Source: Verrucomicrobiota bacterium (GTDB lineage: Bacteria > Verrucomicrobiota > Verrucomicrobiia > Opitutales > Cerasicoccaceae). From it: a DNA stretch of 64,000 nucleotides. Under the pieces are notes generated by a model. It ran no database searches and was not told the DNA's origin. It worked only from the letters and a program-made list of their open reading frames with translations. Positions 52,338 through 60,506 of the stretch are shown here, in pieces. The DNA lies in the NCBI GenBank assembly GCA_039818205.1, contig JBCBUK010000002.1, positions 513,863 through 577,862 on the forward strand, given 5' to 3'. The first letter of the stretch is position 1. Every line of letters starts with the position of its first letter. The position numbers and the translations under genes are program-made.

Positions 52338-53735
52338 ATGATCAGTATCTTCTGGAATGTTAGGGGTTTACGTGCGCTTGGCGCTTTTGGCCTCGTCGCG
52401 GCGTTAGGCCTCGTCGGGTGTTATCCTGAGCCCATCAAGCCGAAAGGCCCGCCCCCGCGGACCGTCACCGCAAATGAGGTGACCACCGGCGATGTGCCAT
52501 TGTATAGCGACACTCTGGGACGGGCTACGGCCTTGGAATCGGTGAACATTGTTAGCCAGGTCGACGGGCAGATTGTCGGGGTTCATTTTTCGCAAGGCGA
52601 AAAGCTGGAGGAAGGCGATTTGATGTATACGATCTATCAGCCACCGTACATCGCGGCGGTTGAAGAGGCCGAAGGGCAGTTGGAACAGGCCCAAGCCCAA
52701 CTGGCGATCGATGAGTTGGAGCTTGAGCGCAGCCGACCATTGGTGCCCGAACAGTTGATCTCGGAACAAGATTTCCAAGCTTTGGAAGCCAAAGTGGAAG
52801 AAGATCGTGGCGCCGTTCGCGAGGCGGAGGGGCAGTTGTTGGCCGCACAGGTCAATCTTGGCTACACAGAGATTCGTTCACCCGTGAGCGGGATGGCTGG
52901 TATCTACTTGGTGAATGTCGGCAATGTGGTTTCGGCTGCCGAAGGGCAGACCTTGACGACCGTTCTGAAAATGGACCCGATCTACGTCGATTTCATTTCG
53001 CCCGAGGCACAGTTTGACCAGATTCGCGAGTATTTCCACAAGGCGGGTGGCGAGTTGAAGATCCGCGCGAGCTACCTATCCGATACATCAAAATTTCGCT
53101 ACGGCGACATGACTATCCTCGGCAACGAAGTGGATACTGAAACCGGTACAGTCAACCTACGGGCGACGATGGATAATGCGGATGAGTTCTTGTGGCCGAA
53201 CCAGCCTTTGGCGATTCGGGTTATCATGGACACGTTAAAGGACGCACTATTGGCCCCGGCGAGTTGCGTTGGGGTAGGGCAGAACGGCCATTTCGTGTTC
53301 GTGATCGATGAGGACAAGAACACCGTGACCCAGCAGAACGTTAAGGTTGGTCAGCGGCAGGATGACGGAACCATCGTCATCAAGAGTGGTGTCAAGAAGG
53401 GCGATAAGCTTGTCGGTGAAGGTCTCGATTTCCTCCGCACGGGAACGGTGATCGTGGTTAGCGACGGCAATCCGGCGGACATCAAATTGCCGATGAAGAT
53501 GATTCAACCAGTCATCGATCTCCTACAGAAATACAAGAAGGCCACCCCGGCGCAGATCAAGAAGATCAAGGACAGCCGTCGACTTCCGCCAGAGCTTTTG
53601 AAGAAGTTGTATGAGCACCATGCGATTACTCAGAAAGAAGAAGAGTTTCTCCTGAATCTGGAAACTGGTAGTATCACCGGTGAGCCGCCCAAGGACGCCA
53701 AGCCAGCGGATTCCAAAGAGTCCGGCAGCAAATAA
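52338..53735 (+). CDS. RND efflux periplasmic adaptor (MdtA-like lipoprotein)
   Basis: Lipobox LVGC, SQVDGQI, NLGYTEIRSPVSG, NEVDTETGTV and LWPNQ. Confidence 0.92.
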   Translation: MISIFWNVRGLRALGAFGLVAALGLVGCYPEPIKPKGPPPRTVTANEVTTGDVPLYSDTLGRATALESVNIVSQVDGQIVGVHFSQGEKLEEGDLMYTIYQPPYIAAVEEAEGQLEQAQAQLAIDELELERSRPLVPEQLISEQDFQALEAKVEEDRGAVREAEGQLLAAQVNLGYTEIRSPVSGMAGIYLVNVGNVVSAAEGQTLTTVLKMDPIYVDFISPEAQFDQIREYFHKAGGELKIRASYLSDTSKFRYGDMTILGNEVDTETGTVNLRATMDNADEFLWPNQPLAIRVIMDTLKDALLAPASCVGVGQNGHFVFVIDEDKNTVTQQNVKVGQRQDDGTIVIKSGVKKGDKLVGEGLDFLRTGTVIVVSDGNPADIKLPMKMIQPVIDLLQKYKKATPAQIKKIKDSRRLPPELLKKLYEHHAITQKEEEFLLNLETGSITGEPPKDAKPADSKESGSK

Positions 53736-53753
53736 CCAGACGCCGCACCTGTT

Positions 53754-56700
53754 ATGGCTTCCCTGTCCGACCCATTTGTAAAACGCCCGGTGATGACCCT
53801 GCTCCTCGCCTTGTCGGTGGCGGCGTTTGGCGTCTGGTCCTATCTGACCTTGCCCGTGAGCGACTTGCCGAATGTGGACTATCCGGTCATTCAGGTTCAG
53901 GCGAGCTATCCGGGTGCCAGTCCGCAGATCATGGCCTCGAACGTGGCTTCACCGTTGGAGCAACAGTTTCTTCAGATCCAGGGCATTGAGCTGATCACCT
54001 CGCAGAACACACAAGGTAGCAGCACGATCGTTCTACAATTTGATTTAAGTAAAAGTATTGATGCCGCGGCAACCGATGTACAATCGGCGATTACACGGGC
54101 GCAAGGGGATTTGCCGACTGATCTTCCGAGCCCGCCAACCTATACGAAAACGAATCCGAATGCCCAGCCGGTTATTTATATTGGCTTGGTATCAACCTCG
54201 ATGACCGAGGGCGACATTTATGATTATGCGTTTACCCAGGTTGCGCAGCGGCTCCAGATCATCAATGGCGTTTCTACGGTCGATGTATACGGTTCGAAAC
54301 GAGCGGTGGCGATCCAGCTAAACCCAAACGAGCTTTATAATCGCGGCCTGACCTTTGACCAGGTTACTGAAGCCGTTCAGCAAGGGACGAACTCCCTCGG
54401 AGCGGGTGAGTTCAAGGGGAATTCGATTAATTACACGATCCAACCGAATACTCAGTTGGACACGCCTGAGCAATACGATGACTTGATCATCGCGGTTAAG
54501 GATAGCCGTCCAATCTATCTGCGAGATATCGGCAGTGCGGTTGAAAGCATCGAGATGGAAGACCTGTCCTTGGACTACTGGTCTGATTTGGTCCCGCCCA
54601 ATGCGGCCGGAGTGGTGCTCGCCGTGCAAAAGGCTGATGGCGCCAACGACGTGAAGATAGCCGATGCGGTGAAGGCCATGTTGCCGGAGCTACAGGAGCA
54701 GATTCCACAGTCTATTGTCATGAGCATTATCCATGATCGCTCGAAGACGATTGTGGCTTCGGTCGACGACGTGGAAGAAACTTTGGTGATCGCCTTCGTC
54801 CTGGTGTGCGGAACGATCTTCCTCTTTCTTGGGCGCGCCCGGGATACGATCATCCCGATGGTGGCATTGCCGATGGCCTTGCTGTTGACCTTCACGGTCA
54901 TGAAGCTCTTGGGCTACACGCTCGATAACCTGTCGTTGATGGCGTTGACCCTCTCGATTGGCTTCCTGGTTGATGACGCGGTGGTGTTCCTGGAGAACAT
55001 GGTCCGCCGGATGGAGGACTATGGTGAGGACCCGATGACCGCCACCTTGAAGGGAGCGAAGGAAATCAGTTTTACCATTCTGTCGATGACACTTTCCCTG
55101 GCCGCGGTGTTTATTCCGTTGGTCTTTATGGGTGGATTGATGGGCCGCATTTTCCGGGAGTTTGGCATCACAATCACGGTAGCGGTTATCATGTCCGGGA
55201 TTGTGTCGCTCTCGCTGACACCGTTGATGTGCGCCCGCATGCTGAAGTCGCATTCGGAAGACGATGAGACCTTCATGCAGAAGGTTTCGAACCGCCTTGA
55301 AAAGGCTTGTTTGAATTTGTACGACCCGTCGTTGCGTTTCTTCCTGAAGCACAAATGGATTTCCGCGCTGACCTGGTTCGCCTGTATGGGTGGTGTCGTC
55401 TGGTTTGGTATTCTGGTTCCGAAAACCTTCATCCCACTTGGCGATAGCGGTTTTATTCAAGGGGTGTTCGTGGCCGATACCGGTGCCTCGGGCGATGACC
55501 TCAAGCGCTACCAGAAACAAATCAAAGCGGTCATGAAGGAGAATCCGTACATCGACAACTTCGTGACGGTTGCCGGGGTAAACGGGATTCCCGGGGCGCA
55601 GAGTAATTACATCCTGACCTTTATTTCGCTGATCGATGTTGAGAAGCGTCCAGGGATCGTTGAAGTAAATGATGGACTGCAGGCCGCGTTGCTTGAAATT
55701 CCGGGAATTTTGCCCGCGATACAGCCACAGCCCTCGCTGCAAATTTCCACGGGTGCCACGTCGACCCAATTGGGTAACTACGCTTACAGTCTCTCCGGTT
55801 TGGACGCCGATGACGTCTATCGAATTGCCGAGGAGCTCGTCGGCGCGATGCAAGGAAGTGGCTATTTCTCTTCCGTTCGCAGTGACCTGTTTTTGAGCAA
55901 TCCGCAGATCGAGCTGGAGCTGTGGCGGCCCTTGGGGAGCGCATACGGTGTCACGGCGACGAACTTTGCTACGGTCCTCAAGGACGCCTATTCGCTCAAT
56001 TACAGCTATTTGATCAAGTCGCCGTTTCAGCAATACCAGGTCATTGTTGAGGCATCCCCAGAGTGGCGGGCGAATCCCGACAACATCAAGAGCCTGTATT
56101 TTCAGTCGGCATTCAACCAGAGCGAATTATTCATCAACAATTCGACCGTGTTCGATATCGAGAACAACCTTGTGCCCTTTGGTTCGATCGCGACCTATCG
56201 GGAAGATGTTGGCCCGCTCGCGGTGAACCATATCAACAACTTTAGCTCGGTAACGATCTACTACAACATCAAGGAAGGGAAGGCGATCGGCGACGCCAAC
56301 AACTTCGTGAAGCAGAAGATGTCGGAGATCTCGAACCCGTCGGTGCAGACTAGTTTTCAGGGACAGTCGCTAATGTTTGAGGAGACTATCATTAGCATGA
56401 GCTTAATGGCGATCGTGGCGATCTTCGTGATGTATGTGATCCTCGGTATCCTCTACGAGAGCTGGGTCCACCCGGTCACGGTTCTGAGTGCCTTGCCGGT
56501 TGCGGTCGTTGGCGGCCTGGCCACCTTGTTAATATTGCGCCAAGAGCTCTCGCTCTACGCTGGTATTGGGATGTTCATGCTGATGGGTATCGTGAAGAAG
56601 AATGGAATCATGATGATCGACTTCGCGATCATGCGGCAAGACGAAGGTATGACACCGATCGACGCCGTACACGAAGCCTGCATGGAGCGCTTCCGGCCGA

Positions 56701-56942
56701 TCATTATGACAACGGCCGCAGCCTTGCTCGGTGCGGTTCCAATTGCGTTGGGATGGGGTGCTGATGCGGCTGCCCGGATGCCCTTGGGGTCTTCGATTGT
56801 CGGAGGTTTGATTGTGTCGCAGTTGATTACGCTCTACGTCACCCCAGCATTGTATTTGTATTTTGAATGGTTTGAGAAACACGTTACGGACAAGATTCCA
56901 CTCTTGCAGCGAGGGGAGCGCGCTAAAGCCAGTGTTGATTAA
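53754..56942 (+). CDS. RND efflux permease (MdtB/MdtC-like)
   Basis: RPVMT, LPVSDLPNVDYP, GFLVDDAVVFLEN, GIVKKNGIMMIDFA and RFRPIIMTT. Confidence 0.95.
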   Translation: MASLSDPFVKRPVMTLLLALSVAAFGVWSYLTLPVSDLPNVDYPVIQVQASYPGASPQIMASNVASPLEQQFLQIQGIELITSQNTQGSSTIVLQFDLSKSIDAAATDVQSAITRAQGDLPTDLPSPPTYTKTNPNAQPVIYIGLVSTSMTEGDIYDYAFTQVAQRLQIINGVSTVDVYGSKRAVAIQLNPNELYNRGLTFDQVTEAVQQGTNSLGAGEFKGNSINYTIQPNTQLDTPEQYDDLIIAVKDSRPIYLRDIGSAVESIEMEDLSLDYWSDLVPPNAAGVVLAVQKADGANDVKIADAVKAMLPELQEQIPQSIVMSIIHDRSKTIVASVDDVEETLVIAFVLVCGTIFLFLGRARDTIIPMVALPMALLLTFTVMKLLGYTLDNLSLMALTLSIGFLVDDAVVFLENMVRRMEDYGEDPMTATLKGAKEISFTILSMTLSLAAVFIPLVFMGGLMGRIFREFGITITVAVIMSGIVSLSLTPLMCARMLKSHSEDDETFMQKVSNRLEKACLNLYDPSLRFFLKHKWISALTWFACMGGVVWFGILVPKTFIPLGDSGFIQGVFVADTGASGDDLKRYQKQIKAVMKENPYIDNFVTVAGVNGIPGAQSNYILTFISLIDVEKRPGIVEVNDGLQAALLEIPGILPAIQPQPSLQISTGATSTQLGNYAYSLSGLDADDVYRIAEELVGAMQGSGYFSSVRSDLFLSNPQIELELWRPLGSAYGVTATNFATVLKDAYSLNYSYLIKSPFQQYQVIVEASPEWRANPDNIKSLYFQSAFNQSELFINNSTVFDIENNLVPFGSIATYREDVGPLAVNHINNFSSVTIYYNIKEGKAIGDANNFVKQKMSEISNPSVQTSFQGQSLMFEETIISMSLMAIVAIFVMYVILGILYESWVHPVTVLSALPVAVVGGLATLLILRQELSLYAGIGMFMLMGIVKKNGIMMIDFAIMRQDEGMTPIDAVHEACMERFRPIIMTTAAALLGAVPIALGWGADAAARMPLGSSIVGGLIVSQLITLYVTPALYLYFEWFEKHVTDKIPLLQRGERAKASVD

Positions 56943-56952
56943 TTTGCGTCAG

Positions 56953-58467
56953 ATGCGTCAGGAACAAGTGACCGCGAGAACGATTCGTGGCTGGTTGGTA
57001 TTGCCTGCAATACTGGTCTCGTTGATCGCGATCAGCGGATGTGTTGATGTGAACGAGGAGGTTTCGCAGCGCCCCAGTGAGCTCTGGCGCCCACCGCCCG
57101 CGGCCTTGCGCGATACGCCAAAGACTAACAACCCAGGTACCGATGTGGTTGATTTCGTTGCGGGTCAGGATCCTTATTACACAACCGCGGGTGGCTCCTA
57201 TGCCGGCAGTCCAGTGGCTGCCGTGGGCCTGCCCAAGATGGATCTGCCCGGCCTGGTCGATATTGCGCTGTCAAACAACCCAGTGACTCGCAGCCAGTGG
57301 TTCCTGGCTCGTGCCCGCGCCTCGCAGTACGGGCAGAGTTTGAGCGAGTACTATCCGTGGATCACGGTGAGTGCGACCGTCGAGCGCGAGAAGACGAAGA
57401 ACCTGAGTGCAGTCGGGACTAATTGGAACACTCAGTATGGACCGTCACTCGACCTCAACTGGTTGCTCTTCAACTTTGGAGCGCGCGAAGCCACTGCCAG
57501 CGCTGCACGGGAAGCTTTGTTCTCAGCGAATTTCACCTACAATCAGTTCTATCAGGACTTGGTCCGTGATGTCTTGCAGGAGTATTACACGTTATGGGCA
57601 GCTGAGGCGAATCTCGAGGCCTCACGCACAGCATTGAAGAATGCCGAGGCCACCTATGATGCGGCCCAGAAACGCTTGGACTCCGGGCTGGGGAATAAGC
57701 AAGATGCGTTGCGGGCGCTTGCAGATGTGAAAACGGCGGAGACGCAGATTGAGAAGGACATTGCCGCGATTGAGGAGTCGCGGGCGGATCTCGCTACGGT
57801 CCTCGGAATCGAGGTGAGTTCTCAGTTGCAGATTGAGCACCCAGAGGAATTTCCAGAGTTTGATAGCTTGGATTCTGACGTGAGCCGGTTGATGGCAGAG
57901 GCCATGCAGAATCGTCCAAATCTCCTTTCATCCTATGCCGACGTTCGAGAAACCGAATACAATTTGGATGCTGCCCGCGCAGAGCTGTGGCCCGAGATTA
58001 ACGCTACGCTCTCCATGGATTATCGGGAAATTACCGGTAGCAATGCCAGCCCGGTTAACGATTATGTCGCAGGGCTAACCCTGGAATGGGACATCTTTCA
58101 GGGTTTCAACAAATGGTATGAAATTGACCGCCGTCGCGACCTGGCACGCCGTGCCCAGCAGGATGCCCGGCTGTCGGAGCTTCAAGTCCTTAAGCAAGTT
58201 TGGACGGCCTATTTTGGCTACCGTTCGGCTTTGCGTCAGGTTGAATCTGCTTCTGCTGCTCTGGACGCGCAGCAGGAAGCCTATGACGCAATCGCAATTG
58301 GTTATCAAACTGGCATCAATAGCTTGTTGGATATCCTCACGTCTCAGGAAGACCTTGACGACTCCCGTCGCGACTTGATTGAGGCTCGTACTAATTTGGG
58401 GACTTCGATAGCAGACCTAGCCCGAGCCACGGGGAATTTACCGATTTTAACCCGCGGCCAGCGATAG
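56953..58467 (+). CDS. TolC-family outer-membrane efflux lipoprotein
   Basis: Start ~56953; lipobox ISGC and two OEP repeats (ALSNNP..YYPWI; NRPNL..LWPEI). Confidence 0.9.
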   Translation: MRQEQVTARTIRGWLVLPAILVSLIAISGCVDVNEEVSQRPSELWRPPPAALRDTPKTNNPGTDVVDFVAGQDPYYTTAGGSYAGSPVAAVGLPKMDLPGLVDIALSNNPVTRSQWFLARARASQYGQSLSEYYPWITVSATVEREKTKNLSAVGTNWNTQYGPSLDLNWLLFNFGAREATASAAREALFSANFTYNQFYQDLVRDVLQEYYTLWAAEANLEASRTALKNAEATYDAAQKRLDSGLGNKQDALRALADVKTAETQIEKDIAAIEESRADLATVLGIEVSSQLQIEHPEEFPEFDSLDSDVSRLMAEAMQNRPNLLSSYADVRETEYNLDAARAELWPEINATLSMDYREITGSNASPVNDYVAGLTLEWDIFQGFNKWYEIDRRRDLARRAQQDARLSELQVLKQVWTAYFGYRSALRQVESASAALDAQQEAYDAIAIGYQTGINSLLDILTSQEDLDDSRRDLIEARTNLGTSIADLARATGNLPILTRGQR

Positions 58468-58647
58468 TCGATCCGTTCACAAATTGCCAAATTTGTATGT
58501 CTGTTTAGGAACAAACTATTAAGGCTCTTGCTCCCATTTTGAAGCAGAGTAAAATTTTATCGCCTGAGCCCACTTTGATCGGTATCGTCGTTATCATTTA
58601 TTTTCCTCTAAAAGTCATTAAGTCGCTGAAATAGAAGAGTTACTGCA

Positions 58648-59682
58648 GTGTCCGATAAGTGGTATTACATGGTCGAGCGCAACAAGATCGGTCCCGTGAC
58701 ACGGGATCAAATCTTGATCTTGCTGCGACGCCGTGTACTAAAGGGATCCACTCAAGTGTGGAATTCGGACATGCCACGCTTTGTTCCAATCGAGGAAATC
58801 GATGACATGGCGCCATTCATACCGGAGGACGAATTGGACCCGGCATTGGAGCCCGTAGCATCAGAGCAACCACCGTTGAAAGGCTTTACACGGTTCTTCG
58901 TTCCGAAGAAAAAAGCTGAGGCCGTCGGCGCGCCTCGGAAACCGCTTGCGCCATTCCCTCGCCCGCATCATTTGGAAGATGAAGAGCGTCGCTCTGGGCG
59001 GCGTGGCAGCACTCGTCCGGCTATCCCGGGAGCTCCCGGCAAAGACAAAGCGAAGCGGACTCGGCCTCCATCGCCGCCGCCGAAGTCAGAGGAAGATCGC
59101 CACCCGTCTGCGGTCGAGCAGGTGACCGGTGCTGTTTCGGAAGGTGTGCGATTACTTGGGGCGACGGCGCTTTCCGTAGGAGCGGCAATTTTCGGAGTTT
59201 TTGTTTTGGGTTTGATCGATTTGCTCATCGGTCCTCAGCGCGATTTCTTTTACGATGGGATGGCTTGGCTCGTCCCGAGGGAGTTTCTAACGCTCCTCGA
59301 TCCAGTCGAATGGCTCGGTGTTTTGATCGTGGGCGGTCTCGTTGGGTCGGCCGCGTCTGCAGGCTGCGGAGGCCGCGGGAATTCGATGGTGGCAGCGATG
59401 GCTGCATTTTGCGCCTTTGCGAGCGTTTCTGTTGGCGCGATTTTTGCCGAGATTTTAGGGATGTCGATTGAGCAAGAGGAGACGATCGCCACCCTCGCTT
59501 TGCAAATTGATGCCTGGCTGCATGGGGTGACGGCATTCTACCACAACTTACTGGAAGAGCCGGATGATTTGCTGTTTCTCTTTGGCGCGGCGGGTGAGGC
59601 ATTTCTGATTGCTCGGCATAATTATCGCAAGCACGACGATGAGAAGGAGCACCGAGTGGTGGATCCGTTCCTCAAGACCTAG
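58648..59682 (+). CDS. GYF_2 (DUF4339) domain membrane protein
   Basis: WYY...IGPV...STQVWNSDM, a Pro/Arg-rich linker and a C-terminal TM bundle. Confidence 0.78.
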   Translation: MSDKWYYMVERNKIGPVTRDQILILLRRRVLKGSTQVWNSDMPRFVPIEEIDDMAPFIPEDELDPALEPVASEQPPLKGFTRFFVPKKKAEAVGAPRKPLAPFPRPHHLEDEERRSGRRGSTRPAIPGAPGKDKAKRTRPPSPPPKSEEDRHPSAVEQVTGAVSEGVRLLGATALSVGAAIFGVFVLGLIDLLIGPQRDFFYDGMAWLVPREFLTLLDPVEWLGVLIVGGLVGSAASAGCGGRGNSMVAAMAAFCAFASVSVGAIFAEILGMSIEQEETIATLALQIDAWLHGVTAFYHNLLEEPDDLLFLFGAAGEAFLIARHNYRKHDDEKEHRVVDPFLKT

Positions 59683-60368
59683 CGTCGCAGATGCTTGGCT
59701 AGTCGAATCAAATAGTGTCCGGCAATCAATGCAGCGATCACCGCTGCAAGAGTCCCAGCCAGCGCAAATAGTCTTGAAAAACTGAGCCCTTGATCGATTT
59801 GCCATAGCCTAGGCGTGAGTAGGATAAAGGCGCTAATAGCGAACGCACCGGCGAGGGCCAATGATAGAGGCGAGGGCGGAGCGGCCTTGGGTTTGTCCGG
59901 AATCTGCAGTAGATAGCCATAGTCCTGGAGCGCCTGGCCAAGTGTTTCAAATTCTGGTTGTGAACCGTCTGGCCAGGTGAATCGAATGCGCCGCGTTTCG
60001 ACATCGATTGAGAATTTAAACGTTGGCGATTCTCGCTGAATAATCTGTTCAACCAGCCAGGCGCAGGCACGGCAGACCATGCCTTGGATCTCAAGCTCGA
60101 GTTGATTTGAAGTATGTTGTCTGTTTCTGGTGGCGGCGATTATTGGCTGCCAATCGTGGCGCTCAAAGGGCGTGTTATTGACTGGCTGGGTGATACCCGC
60201 TTTGTCGCGGTAGAATTGAGTTAGCCCATCTTCGTTGATCAGGCGCGCGACGTGGGCGCATCCATTGCAGCAGTATGCCTCATCCTTTATGGGAAGGAAG
60301 GGGCTTCCGCAATGTTCGCAGGTTCGTCTAGATGGCTTGCGCTGTTCGACTGGGCTTCCGTGATTCAA
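59679..60368 (-). CDS. Stand-alone CcoI/FixI-type N-terminal metal-binding protein (no ATPase core)
   Basis: CEHCG, YCCNGCAHVARLI..GLTQFY, HMA motif GMVCRACAWLVE, two TMs, then stop. Confidence 0.8.
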   Translation of the reverse strand: MNHGSPVEQRKPSRRTCEHCGSPFLPIKDEAYCCNGCAHVARLINEDGLTQFYRDKAGITQPVNNTPFERHDWQPIIAATRNRQHTSNQLELEIQGMVCRACAWLVEQIIQRESPTFKFSIDVETRRIRFTWPDGSQPEFETLGQALQDYGYLLQIPDKPKAAPPSPLSLALAGAFAISAFILLTPRLWQIDQGLSFSRLFALAGTLAAVIAALIAGHYLIRLAKHLRR

Positions 60369-60451
60369 GTTCGAAGATCATGCGTTTGTACGGGTGCTGG
60401 CTTCAACGGGAAATTTTACGGTATTCGAGTGGGCCGGCGATATAAATGAAA

Positions 60452-60476
60452 GAGCGCAGTCCAGTGGACTGCGCTC
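60452..60476 (-). terminator. Terminator downstream of ovoA
   Basis: GAGCGCAGTCC/GGACTGCGCTC stem followed by TTTCATTT on the minus strand. Confidence 0.75.
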
Positions 60477-60506
60477 GAAAGAAAGTGCGGATTAAACGGA
60501 TTCAGG

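Noticed and set aside
54690..56033. 447-aa minus-strand ORF, and similar long antisense ORFs (673-1377, 7419-8105, 34831-35481, 40068-40799)
   Set aside because: They lie wholly opposite well-supported genes and have no motifs, as expected for codon-bias shadow ORFs.
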